Part shown: positions 30,426 through 39,746 of the stretch, in pieces
Numbering within the stretch: position 1 is the stretch's first letter
Layout of the letters: each line of letters starts with the position of its first letter
Assembly (NCBI GenBank): GCA_964583445.1
Contig: CAZOXI010000001.1
Coordinates: 1 to 45,106 of the forward strand
Direction: 5' to 3'
DNA length: 45,106 nt
From: an uncultured Bacteroidaceae bacterium
Lineage (GTDB): Bacteria; Bacteroidota; Bacteroidia; Bacteroidales; GCA-2748055
Notes under the pieces: generated by a model
What the model was told of the DNA's origin: nothing
The model's database searches: none
The model's input: only the letters and a program-made list of their open reading frames with translations
Translations under genes and position numbers: made by a program

Positions 30426-30559
30426 AATCTTGCGGGCGCAAGCAGCAGCAGCGTAATATTTCTCATATGTCCTGCATCCTGAAGTGTCCCTTTTCAGGGC
30501 ACATTATAAGGCTGATTATTATCTCTCCACATGTGCTGAAATAATTACCTTTGCAGCGC

Positions 30560-30651
30560 ATGAATTCCGAAAAACTGAAAAACACCCTGCTGGCCATCAT
30601 TGCATGCCTGCTCTGGTCCTCTGCATTTGTGGGGATCAAGATCGGATTGCC
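30560..30651 (+). repeat. right copy of the perfect 92-bp direct repeat
   Basis: Identical to 24723-24814 and forms the first 92 nt of the intact EamA gene. Confidence 0.95.
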
Positions 30652-31489
30652 GTATACCACCCCGTTGCAGTTTGCAGGGACGCGTTTTTTTATTTCGGGT
30701 TTGCTGGTGTTGCCGGTTGCCTTCTACTATAACCCACGCTTTCTGTACATCTTCAGGACGAATTACAGGTTCATATTGTTCCTTGGTCTGCTGCAGACCT
30801 TTTTGCAATATGCACTGTTTTATACGGGGATCGATAAAGTGCCCGGATCAGTGGGTGCCATTGTGATTGGTTCAGGGCCATTGTTCATCGCTATTGTAGC
30901 CCATTTTTTTGTCCCGAACGATACAATGACTCTTAAAAAAGCTGGGATCATCCTGTTTGGATTCTCCGGGATCGTCCTGGTAAGTGTCGGCAGGAGTGAA
31001 GGAATCGATCAGGCGGTCAGACTGGTGGGAATCCTGATCCTTCTCGGGAACAATATTATTTCAGGATTTTCGAATGTGATCATTGCGCTGGAGAACAAAA
31101 AAATTCCACCGCTGGTGCTGAGTTCAGTGTCCATGATCTTTGGCGGCCTGGTCCTGTTCCTGTTCTCTATCCCGGTAGAAGGTCTGGACCTGTCTCCAAA
31201 ACCCCTTCCGTATTACCTTTCACTGGGTTGGCTCAGCATGCTTTCCGCACTGGCGATCTCAATCTGGGTGATATTGCTGAAGAAACCAGGAGTGAAGGTG
31301 TCAGATCTGAACATGTGGAAATTTCTTATACCTGTCTCTGGAGCGATTCTGGCCTGGGTCATTCTTCCGGAGGAATCACCTGACCTCCTGTCAGTGCTTG
31401 GAATGATCATTACCGGGATTGCACTGATTATTATCAGCAGGAGTCAGTTAATTGAGCGGGCAAATGGGCGCAGGGAACGGTCAAAATGA
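30560..31489 (+). CDS. EamA/DMT family transporter
   Basis: About ten TM helices with two EamA-like halves. The start is set at the ATG at 30560 (MNSEKLKN...) because the track's 30551 start is a TTG. Confidence 0.9.
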   Translation: MNSEKLKNTLLAIIACLLWSSAFVGIKIGLPYTTPLQFAGTRFFISGLLVLPVAFYYNPRFLYIFRTNYRFILFLGLLQTFLQYALFYTGIDKVPGSVGAIVIGSGPLFIAIVAHFFVPNDTMTLKKAGIILFGFSGIVLVSVGRSEGIDQAVRLVGILILLGNNIISGFSNVIIALENKKIPPLVLSSVSMIFGGLVLFLFSIPVEGLDLSPKPLPYYLSLGWLSMLSALAISIWVILLKKPGVKVSDLNMWKFLIPVSGAILAWVILPEESPDLLSVLGMIITGIALIIISRSQLIERANGRRERSK

Positions 31490-31524
31490 TTAGTTTAGTA
31501 GTCGGATAATTTGTTGCCCCCGCT

Positions 31525-33570
31525 TTGGAATACAAAAAAAGTATATTTCTTTTTGTTATGGCGATGTGTATGTCGCTCAACCAGCTAGCCGGTCAGCCTA
31601 TGGCCAGGGGAGGCGTGCTTGATCTGCGCGATGTTGAACTCAGGAAGGATGGTCCCGTGGAACTGGAAGGGGAATGGCATTTCTACTGGGGAAAGCTGAT
31701 CGATCCCGCCGGCCCTGCAGATACTTCAGGCTTGCTGGTACCGGTACCTTCTGCCTGGCACCGTTTAAAAGGAGAGGTGCCCGGGATCTCTGCCCACGGA
31801 TATGCTTCGTACAAGCTCAGGATCCTCGTCCCAGCCGGACTGGAGAATATCGCATTCCGTTTCACGGAGGTTTTCTCAGCCTCGGGGTACTATGTAAATG
31901 GGAAAAATATTGGTTTTAACGGACTTCCGGGGACCAACAGGTACCAGGCGGTGTTCGGATATACTCCATCGATGTTCGTGGTTCCGGTCACCGATTCGGT
32001 ACTCGATCTCGTGGTGCATGTCTCCAACTTTGAGCACCGTTCCGGGGGAATCAGGGGCAATGTTGAGATCGGTACTCCCATGCAAATCATGGTGGAAAGT
32101 GCGGAACGACAATACCGGGATTTTTTCCTGCTCGGGGCGCTCCTGGTGATCGGGGTCTATTTTATGGTACTCTACCTGATGCGTGCCAGGTTGTATATAC
32201 TTTTCTTTTCACTGATCGGTCTGATCATGGCATTCAGGGTCATGCTCCTGAGCGATACAACACTATTTTCCGGTGATTGGGTCTCAGGGATCAGCAGACT
32301 CAGGCTGGAATACCTCAGCTTTGACTTGCTGGTGCCCTTGTACGTATTGATGTACCGCTTCCTTTTTCCCGATGATTTCCCTGTCCGGTTGTTCAGGATC
32401 ATCCTCTGGATCTGCAGCCTGATGATCGTCCTGGTGATCATTACCCCGGTGAGCCTCTTCACTCAGGTGTTCCCCTATTACCTCGTATTTGTCATGCTCA
32501 CTGCCGTAGCGATCTTCTTTGTGCTGGCCAGGTCCTGGCTGCGGGGCAGGATCTATGCCCCGGCATTTACGATCGGTTTTGCTGTTGCTGTTTTTGGTGC
32601 GATCATGGATATGCTGAATGTTGCTGATGTAACGGAAATGCCGATGATCAGTCATTTTACCATGTTTATTTTTCTGTTGATCTATGCCATTGTCTTTTCA
32701 GCAAAGCACATTGACGAGCTGCGTCGAAACAGGCTTGCATCGGATGAGATCCTCCAACACAATGAAGCCCTGATCGCTGGTGCAGAAGAGAAGGAGCAGC
32801 AGAACAGATCGCAAAATGAAGCACTCCATATGGCCCGGGAGGAGCTGCAAAAAAGCAGGGCATCCCTGGAAACTGCCATCGAGCTGCGTAATAAATTCCT
32901 GACAGTGCTCGGACACGATATCAAGGCGCCCATCGGATATGCGAAACAGGTGATCGATATGATATTGAACGGGGACCTCGAAGAACGGGAGCAGACGGAG
33001 ATGTTGAAACTCGTGTCAAACAGCTCCCATACCACACTGGGCCTGTTGGAGAACCTGATCTATTGGGGACGTTCACAATCCGGTGAATTACGCAATATGG
33101 CTGTTCAGTTTCAGCTGAACAGGATCATCAATGAGACGATCGATCTGTTTGATCTTCCATTGAAAGACAAAATGATCAGCCTGGTCATGGAGATTCCCGA
33201 TGAAGTCCGGGCCTTTGCCGATAAGGACCACATGAAGCTTGTACTCAGGAACCTGTTGTCGAATGCGATCAAGTTCACCAAGACGGGGGGAAGGATCGTT
33301 GTGAGGGGAGCGATGGACCAGGACAGCAATGAGACATGGATCGAGATCGAGGACAATGGGGTAGGCATACCTCCCGCGGAATTAAAAGCCCTGCTTACGT
33401 CCGATGGGCTTTATTCTACAGTAGGGACCAAAAAAGAAAAGGGAACCGGTATTGGATTGCAGTTGTGCAGGGAGCTGACCGGGATCAACAACGGGACATT
33501 TCAGATCGAAAGTGAGGTCGGGAAGGGCACCCTTTTCCGCGTGATCCTGCCCCTGCACCCATCACACTGA
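31525..33570 (+). CDS. 7TMR-DISM sensor histidine kinase
   Basis: 7TMR-DISMED2-like extracytoplasmic domain (GGVLDLRDVEL...LEGEWHFYWGKLIDP), seven TM helices, a coiled-coil, an H-box (LGHDIKAPIG) and HATPase motifs (NLLSNAIKFT, DNGVGI, GTGIGL). The TTG start at 31525 gives a good signal peptide; an alternative ATG is at 31558. Confidence 0.9.
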   Translation: MEYKKSIFLFVMAMCMSLNQLAGQPMARGGVLDLRDVELRKDGPVELEGEWHFYWGKLIDPAGPADTSGLLVPVPSAWHRLKGEVPGISAHGYASYKLRILVPAGLENIAFRFTEVFSASGYYVNGKNIGFNGLPGTNRYQAVFGYTPSMFVVPVTDSVLDLVVHVSNFEHRSGGIRGNVEIGTPMQIMVESAERQYRDFFLLGALLVIGVYFMVLYLMRARLYILFFSLIGLIMAFRVMLLSDTTLFSGDWVSGISRLRLEYLSFDLLVPLYVLMYRFLFPDDFPVRLFRIILWICSLMIVLVIITPVSLFTQVFPYYLVFVMLTAVAIFFVLARSWLRGRIYAPAFTIGFAVAVFGAIMDMLNVADVTEMPMISHFTMFIFLLIYAIVFSAKHIDELRRNRLASDEILQHNEALIAGAEEKEQQNRSQNEALHMAREELQKSRASLETAIELRNKFLTVLGHDIKAPIGYAKQVIDMILNGDLEEREQTEMLKLVSNSSHTTLGLLENLIYWGRSQSGELRNMAVQFQLNRIINETIDLFDLPLKDKMISLVMEIPDEVRAFADKDHMKLVLRNLLSNAIKFTKTGGRIVVRGAMDQDSNETWIEIEDNGVGIPPAELKALLTSDGLYSTVGTKKEKGTGIGLQLCRELTGINNGTFQIESEVGKGTLFRVILPLHPSH

Positions 33571-33650
33571 TTCCTTTGGATTTGCTGGTTGTTCCATTCA
33601 AGGGTTTGAGGACCCGGAACTATCCGGATTGCTGATGCAGGATCGAATTG

Positions 33651-33965
33651 CTATTCATTCCATTCCAGGGTACCGGATCGCTTCTCAATCACTTTACCCG
33701 CCTTGATGGTCTTTCGCTCAACGGAATTTTCCTCCATATCGAGGCGGTCCACCTGCAACGTATATTCCGGGATCTCAGCAGATTTTTCAATGATAACGTC
33801 GATCACCGGGTCGGGGTCAGCAATGCTGATGGTCGCTGAATACTGCGCTGCTTTTTTATCCCTGAATATATGATCTGTATGATGCTCCATCCGGAGTGTG
33901 TAATGGATATCGCGCTGGATTTCCGGGGCGAGCTGCTCAATGGTTTTAACTGTAAGGACCCTCAT
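33651..33965 (-). CDS. hypothetical protein (104 aa)
   Basis: An ATG-initiated ORF 18 nt downstream of the GH2 gene on the same strand. I recognised no motif. Confidence 0.45.
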   Translation of the reverse strand: MRVLTVKTIEQLAPEIQRDIHYTLRMEHHTDHIFRDKKAAQYSATISIADPDPVIDVIIEKSAEIPEYTLQVDRLDMEENSVERKTIKAGKVIEKRSGTLEWNE

Positions 33966-33983
33966 ATTGGTTGTTTTTTTGTC

Positions 33984-36416
33984 TTATTTCTGCTTTGGTG
34001 CGACAGATTTCAATTGTACTTCTGCGGGTGTTAATCCTTCCGACTTTGCCTTGATGATCAGGTCACCCGGTTCCATTACCGACTGGATGATCAGCACATG
34101 CCTGCCTTTGTGTACTTTTTTTGCCGTGGCATTGTAAGGGGTGTGGTCGGAGGGGTCCCCGTTATCGATGACTTTTATCTTTCCCGGACCGATCAGCTGG
34201 TAACTGATGGTGTTGTTGGCAATGGGCGAGGTGATCCCGGCTTCATCGGTGACGCGTGTTTCGATATGCACTACGTCCTGACCGTCGGCGATCAATTTTG
34301 TTTTGTCCGGTTCCATCAGGATCATATTTGGTCTTCCGGCTGTGACAAGGGAATCCCTTACGTAAAGGATCTCTCCATCTTTGTTCCTGAAGGTTGCTTT
34401 TGCACTGATGGCGCCAGGCTTGAAGGCCACCCTGGTTTTGATGACCCCGTCTTTGAAATTTTTCCTGGCAAACAGGGCCAGCAGGGAATCGTTCAGGGTC
34501 AGCTCCACCTCGGGACAGTTGCTGTAGACTACTACCTGCAGTGCTTTGCCCTCTTCATTGAAGTTCCAGTGACGAACCACCGGGGCCCCTGCCCACGGGA
34601 TCTGCCAGTTTGTGCTGTTATTCAGGGAATCCACCAGTTGCCTGTCCACAACGGCGATCTTCACCATGGGTTCTTCCGAATAGATACTTTGTGTATAATA
34701 TGCATAGGGCTTCACTTCGCCGTTGGTTTTCAGCAATCCGTTGTTAAAAGACCGGTTGGGCCAGCCCGCCGATTCGCCGAAATAGTCGATGCCTGCCCAG
34801 ATGAACTGTCCCACTACAAAGGTGTCCATATCCATCCAGGAGTTGTCCATATAGCTGATCTCCCCGTAGTCGGACCTGCGTTGTTCGCTGTATGCCTTTG
34901 TTTCTGAAGCCATCCAGATCAGATCAGGATATTTTTCATGCCAGGCTGCAAAGGAATCGGTCCTGTAATTGTAACTCACAAGGGGTTCGACATGGATATA
35001 GCCTGACGGGATCTCATGTTCCTTTTTCGGTGACCCCGGGTGCAGCCCGCAGGTGATCATCCTGCTGCTGTCGATCGAACGGGTGAGCTCAGCAAGCGTT
35101 GCATACCATTCTTCACCATCCGCGGGATCCTTCAGCTGTTCAATGGTTTCATTCCCCATGCTCCAGGCGATGATGGACGGATGATTGAAATCCCGCCTGA
35201 TGAAATAGGTAAGGTCTTTTTCATATGTATTTTCGAAGTCATACGGACTGGAGGGATGTTTCCAGTGCATCTCCCATTTGTCGTACATTTCCCCGATCAC
35301 GAGGAATCCCATGCGGTCGCAGAGATCCAGCAATCCCGGTGAATGCGGGTTGTGGGCCAGGCGGAGGGCATTCACGCCCAGCTTTTTGAGTTTTTTAAGC
35401 CGGTATTCCCAGGTGGCATTCGGAACGGCAGCGCCTAATGCCCCGCCGTCATGGTGCAGGCATACCCCTTTCAGCCATACCTTTTCGCCATTCAGGATGA
35501 AGCCTGATTCGGGAGAGAAGGCAATGTCGCGGATCCCAAATTTTGTAGAGAGATGATCGGTAACTTTCTTTTTATGGATCAGGAAGCTCTTGAGTTCATA
35601 TTGTACCGGGGCTTTATCAGACCACATCTGCGGTTCGGGAACCAGGTGTTCTTCGCGCACGGTCATCCGGCTTTTTCCCCTGACTGTCCGTGAAGAAATC
35701 GTGCTCCTGACCAGCGTGCCATCGGGTGCCAGCAGGTCTGAACGGATCTTGTACCTGATGGTCCGGTTTTCCCTGTTCACCACGTCGATCTCTGATACCA
35801 CATACCGGTTTCCTTCACGCGATTCGGTGGTGACGCGGGAATGATGCACGGGGAAATGCAGTTTTTCGGTGGCCACCAGCCTGACATGCCTGTAGATTCC
35901 AGCACCGGAATACCAGCGATCGACAGGCATGTTTGAGCAATCGGTCCTGACCGCGATTACATTCACGGTATCCTTCCTTACAAATGGTGTGATATCGAAA
36001 TGAAATCCTATATAGCCGTATTTGTGCGCTCCGACATTGTTGCCATTCACCCATACATCGGCATTCATGTATACACCGTCGAAAACCAGGTAAAACTGCT
36101 CTTTCTGATCATAGGCACCCAGGTACATGTCTTTCCGGTACCAGGCTACACCGCCGGGATAGAAGCCGCCGGCTGTACCGGAGGAATTTTCCCTGCTGAT
36201 CTCCCGCGTGATCATCCAGTCATGGGGAAGCGATACGAACTCCCAGCCGGAATCATCATATTTGACTGCGCTGAAGGCTGCATCATCACCCTGTTTGAAT
36301 CTCCAGTTCAGGACAATGCGTTCATCCACACGCGGAGCTGTATCCCCCGTGTTGATGATCAGCATTGCCGATCCGGCGATCAGTATTGCCAACAGTATCC
36401 AGTGATATGCTCTCAT
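33984..36416 (-). CDS. glycoside hydrolase family 2 protein with C-terminal Ig-like domain
   Basis: N-terminal TM/signal sequence, GH2 sugar-binding domain (WEFVSLPHDW), a TIM barrel with acid/base motif IIAWSMGNE, and a C-terminal Big-like domain. Confidence 0.9.
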   Translation of the reverse strand: MRAYHWILLAILIAGSAMLIINTGDTAPRVDERIVLNWRFKQGDDAAFSAVKYDDSGWEFVSLPHDWMITREISRENSSGTAGGFYPGGVAWYRKDMYLGAYDQKEQFYLVFDGVYMNADVWVNGNNVGAHKYGYIGFHFDITPFVRKDTVNVIAVRTDCSNMPVDRWYSGAGIYRHVRLVATEKLHFPVHHSRVTTESREGNRYVVSEIDVVNRENRTIRYKIRSDLLAPDGTLVRSTISSRTVRGKSRMTVREEHLVPEPQMWSDKAPVQYELKSFLIHKKKVTDHLSTKFGIRDIAFSPESGFILNGEKVWLKGVCLHHDGGALGAAVPNATWEYRLKKLKKLGVNALRLAHNPHSPGLLDLCDRMGFLVIGEMYDKWEMHWKHPSSPYDFENTYEKDLTYFIRRDFNHPSIIAWSMGNETIEQLKDPADGEEWYATLAELTRSIDSSRMITCGLHPGSPKKEHEIPSGYIHVEPLVSYNYRTDSFAAWHEKYPDLIWMASETKAYSEQRRSDYGEISYMDNSWMDMDTFVVGQFIWAGIDYFGESAGWPNRSFNNGLLKTNGEVKPYAYYTQSIYSEEPMVKIAVVDRQLVDSLNNSTNWQIPWAGAPVVRHWNFNEEGKALQVVVYSNCPEVELTLNDSLLALFARKNFKDGVIKTRVAFKPGAISAKATFRNKDGEILYVRDSLVTAGRPNMILMEPDKTKLIADGQDVVHIETRVTDEAGITSPIANNTISYQLIGPGKIKVIDNGDPSDHTPYNATAKKVHKGRHVLIIQSVMEPGDLIIKAKSEGLTPAEVQLKSVAPKQK

Positions 36417-36431
36417 TCCATTGACTGCGTA

Positions 36432-37082
36432 TTATGCTGAGATGATGGTTGAATATCGGTCCAGTAGTTTCTCTATTGCTTCAAGGTGCGCGGCTTTTAA
36501 TCGCCGGTTGACAGCGGGTTGTGATATCTGAAGTTGCTCACTGATGTCCACCTGGTTTTTGCCGGAGAGACTCAGGAAGAGGGCTTCTGCCTGTTCGTCT
36601 GACCAGTCATGGATCAAAATATCCATGAATCCGCACGCCACATATAATTCACCGTCCAGGTGTTCACTTCCTGTTGAGATCACCAGGCGCTGGTTTCGCT
36701 TCATGGTTCTCATCCCTTCCTCTGCCAGCCGGAAGGCTGTTCCGTCAGATTCCCGCAGGTGGTCCTGGAAGAGTTCAATGGGACCGATACCGATGGAGAG
36801 GCGCAATTCCATCCGTTGATCCAATTCCTTGTGTGCGCGGGAGCGGAACTCGCTGGCCAGCATCAATATGGCATGTAATGCTGATCCCGGTTTTTTTGAT
36901 AGGCAAAGGAATTCATCCATCCTGATGATCTCATAGTCCAGTTGCTGCTCTGGGTCGATGTGCCGGTTGACTTCGCTGATCGCGGACCTGATGATATCGG
37001 GGATCTTCCCCAGGTGCGCATTGGGGATCTTTTTGCTTTCCGCGATTTCGCCAGAGATCACCGCATAGATTTGTTCAGACAT
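36432..37082 (-). CDS. SatD-like (nucleotidyl-cyclase-fold-like) protein with C-terminal sigma-70 region-4-type HTH; putative regulator
   Basis: AVISGEIAESKK, RMDEFLCL and SIGIGPI mimic the SatD blocks GDIvxSR / GDEFQ / GIGxG. The C-terminus is an HTH (VDISEQLQISQPAVNRRLKAA). It lies 15 nt upstream of the GH2 gene on the same strand. Confidence 0.5.
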   Translation of the reverse strand: MSEQIYAVISGEIAESKKIPNAHLGKIPDIIRSAISEVNRHIDPEQQLDYEIIRMDEFLCLSKKPGSALHAILMLASEFRSRAHKELDQRMELRLSIGIGPIELFQDHLRESDGTAFRLAEEGMRTMKRNQRLVISTGSEHLDGELYVACGFMDILIHDWSDEQAEALFLSLSGKNQVDISEQLQISQPAVNRRLKAAHLEAIEKLLDRYSTIISA

Positions 37083-37400
37083 AAAGAGGGTGATTAAAAA
37101 ATATATGTTATATCAAAAAATATTAGTGAAAAAAATAGAAAGTAAAGATATAATAATTATAGGTTATAATCCAAATCATAATTTAAATATTGAATATTTT
37201 AGAATGATTCCAGATTTTTCCGAAAGTGGCTTGAGCGGACCCTGGCGAACGCCATTGGGGGGTTTTAGATGCGGTATGGATATTCTCTTTCGGGGCGGTG
37301 GTTAAATATTGCCCATACCGGAAGTTAAATTTTCGATCGCGGGATTGAGACGTGGGTTCACCATGCAGATGAATTTTCGGACATGCAAAACAACCGGAGG

Positions 37401-38375
37401 TCACCCCGGTGCTCTTCTCAGGCGGAGAAATGCTGCCCGGGCAGTGGGTTTGTACCTGATGTTGCCAAGGATCGCGGCGATACCGATTCCGCTGATCATT
37501 TGCCAGATGCCCCACCAGGCAGCCATAAAGGCCATCCCGCCGTTGGCATCAAATAATTTGGGATTGAAGATCAGTACCAGGGCAAGGCCGGAATTCTGGA
37601 TACCGGTCTCAATACTCAGGGTGCGGCGGTCGGGGATTGAGGTGCGGGCGATTGTTCCCACCAGGTATCCGGTAAAAAGGGTTTGGGAATTCAGGAAAAG
37701 CACGATCACGCCAATAGGCAAGATATAGCCCGGGATATGTTCCAGGTTGGCATACAATGCTCCGAAAATGAAGGTCATGTAGAGGAAAATGGATGCGATC
37801 TTTACGCCTTTAAGATAGCGTTTGGTGATTTTCGGAAAGTAATGTGCAAACAGCATTCCAAGTACCAGGGGCAGTCCCAGGAGAATGAACACGATCCTGG
37901 CCATCTCCAGGAAGTCGATCTGGATCGGGATGTTCAGTTCGCCCCCACGGGCATAATAATTGACATACCGTCCTCCCCAGAACGCAAAATTCAGGGGTGT
38001 AAGGAAGGATGCTGCCAGGGTGGCAAAGGCGGTAAGACTTACCGATAGCTCAATGTTTGCTTTGGCAAGGGCCGAAATGAAATTGGAAATATTGCCTCCC
38101 GGACAAGCGGAGATCAGGATCATACCCATGGCAACCGATGGCGGTGGATTCAGGAGTATCACAAGGGCAAAGGTCAATGCCGGAAGCAGCAGGAATTGAG
38201 AAAAGATTCCCAGCAGGGCTGACTTCGGATTGAGGAGGAGTTGTTTGAAATTTTCAATTTTAATTTCCAGCGCCACACCGAACATGATGCATGCCAGTGT
38301 GATGTTCATGTAAAGCAGTCCCCCGTCACTGAAATTCAGGCGGATATCATCTATGGCAGACAATGATTCAAACAT
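37401..38375 (-). CDS. bile acid:sodium symporter (BASS/SBF) family transporter
   Basis: 324 aa, polytopic, with an SBF-like N-terminus (NITLACIMFGVALEIKIENFKQLLLNPKSALLGIFSQFLLLPALTF). Confidence 0.85.
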   Translation of the reverse strand: MFESLSAIDDIRLNFSDGGLLYMNITLACIMFGVALEIKIENFKQLLLNPKSALLGIFSQFLLLPALTFALVILLNPPPSVAMGMILISACPGGNISNFISALAKANIELSVSLTAFATLAASFLTPLNFAFWGGRYVNYYARGGELNIPIQIDFLEMARIVFILLGLPLVLGMLFAHYFPKITKRYLKGVKIASIFLYMTFIFGALYANLEHIPGYILPIGVIVLFLNSQTLFTGYLVGTIARTSIPDRRTLSIETGIQNSGLALVLIFNPKLFDANGGMAFMAAWWGIWQMISGIGIAAILGNIRYKPTARAAFLRLRRAPG

Positions 38376-38506
38376 AATCTCAATGGTTTTCCGGTTCCAA
38401 TATAACGTTTTTTTTTAATGGGAATCATATTGCTCGTCAAACGACGGAGGCGGGATGGCAAGAAAAATCTTTATCTTAGCCGTTTCTTTATTAGTATGGG
38501 CGCCGA

Positions 38507-39535
38507 ATGAGTTTCAAACTGGATACCGAGAATTGGGAAGCTTTTTCCCGGAAAAAAGTGCTGGTCACAGGTGCGGATGGTATGCTGGGGAATAATATTG
38601 TCAGGGAACTTTTATCAAGAGGCTGCCGTGTGAGTTGCTTTATTGAGAAAAGTCATGACGGGCATACGCTCAGGGAGCTCCCGGTACGGTTGGTGAAGGG
38701 GGAACTCTGTAATCCCCATGACCTCGGGCCACTGTTCAGGGAGAATGATTATGTGATTCATACTGCAGGGGTCACGGCCATGTGGCCTGCCAGGTCTAAA
38801 GTCTCCTGGGACATTAATTACCGCGCGGTGCAGTTGCTGGTCAGGTTATCAAAAGAACACAACATCAAAAGGTTCATTCATATTGGCACTGCAACGTCAT
38901 TCGGACACGGACCGATGCATGATCCCGGTGATGAGAACCGGCCCTATTCGAACCATGTATTCGGGCTGGATTACCAGGATACAAAGTTCAGGGCACAGGA
39001 ATACCTGTTGCGGGAATACCGGGACAACCGGTTCCCGGTGATCATACTCAACCCGACCTATATGATCGGCAAATATGACAACGGGAACGGCTCCAATAAG
39101 ATGATCCTCTACATATACAAGCGCAAAATCCCGGGATTCAGTTCGGGCGGCAAAAACTATGTGCACGTCAGGGATGTGGCACATGCTGCTGCCAATGCGC
39201 TGACCATGGGGACATTGGGCGAGTGTTATATTACCGGGGGGCGCAACCTTTCTTACCAGGATTCATTCCGGATTATCGCACAGACCCTCGATGTCCAGCC
39301 CCCGGGGTTAAAGTTCCCGCGTTTCATTTCAATATCTTTCGGTGCATTGCAGTCTGCAATTGCCACGCTTACACGTAAGCCTCCGACGGTGTCCTACAGG
39401 ATGGCACGTATTGGTTGTGAAGAGTGTTACTACTCGCCGCAGAAGGCGATCCGCGAATTGAAAATGCCACAAACACCTATCGAGGATGGGATCAGGGAAT
39501 CGATCGAATGGTTCCAGGAAAGGAAGATGGTGTAA
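38507..39535 (+). CDS. NAD-dependent epimerase/dehydratase (extended SDR, dihydroflavonol-reductase-like)
   Basis: Rossmann motif VTGADGMLGNNIV and catalytic YQDTK. Confidence 0.85.
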   Translation: MSFKLDTENWEAFSRKKVLVTGADGMLGNNIVRELLSRGCRVSCFIEKSHDGHTLRELPVRLVKGELCNPHDLGPLFRENDYVIHTAGVTAMWPARSKVSWDINYRAVQLLVRLSKEHNIKRFIHIGTATSFGHGPMHDPGDENRPYSNHVFGLDYQDTKFRAQEYLLREYRDNRFPVIILNPTYMIGKYDNGNGSNKMILYIYKRKIPGFSSGGKNYVHVRDVAHAAANALTMGTLGECYITGGRNLSYQDSFRIIAQTLDVQPPGLKFPRFISISFGALQSAIATLTRKPPTVSYRMARIGCEECYYSPQKAIRELKMPQTPIEDGIRESIEWFQERKMV

Positions 39536-39746
39536 CCTTTACATTTATTTTTTTGATGATTTCATGATGCGGCTGCAATCTGCATGATGCGCTTGTGCAA
39601 TATGCAGGTTGCGATCCCTTTATGCTTGATGCGATCGCAGGTGTTCTTTGTTGGTCCCTGCGAAGTTTCCGCAACCAATAAACGATTCTGTTGTTATATG
39701 CGTTATATAATTGTAATTTACATGCATAAGGAATATATTGTATAGG

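Larger units (their letters stand above)
24815..30559. other. 5,745-bp inserted segment (phytate-acquisition islet) bounded by the 92-bp direct repeats
   Basis: It lies between a truncated and an intact copy of the same gene's 5' end, and carries three plus-strand genes. No recombinase gene is present. Confidence 0.5.

Noticed and set aside
24815-30559. Calling the repeat-bounded 5.7-kb segment a bona fide mobile element (ICE, IME or transposon).
   Set aside because: There is no integrase, transposase, relaxase or terminal inverted repeat, and composition is similar to the flanks. I report it only as an insertion or islet with att-like direct repeats.
37340-37375. GCGGGATTGAGACGTGGGTTCACC looked faintly like a tRNA T-arm.
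   Set aside because: There is no 5-bp stem flanking a TTCRANY loop, no acceptor or anticodon arms, and no CCA-proximal pairing.
39563-39633. Degenerate direct repeats CATGATGCG(G/C)...TGCAAT (three partial copies) and a CTGCAT/ATGCAG hairpin downstream of the epimerase gene.
   Set aside because: They are short and imperfect with no T-tract, so most simply a weak terminator or chance repeats. I cannot support a function.
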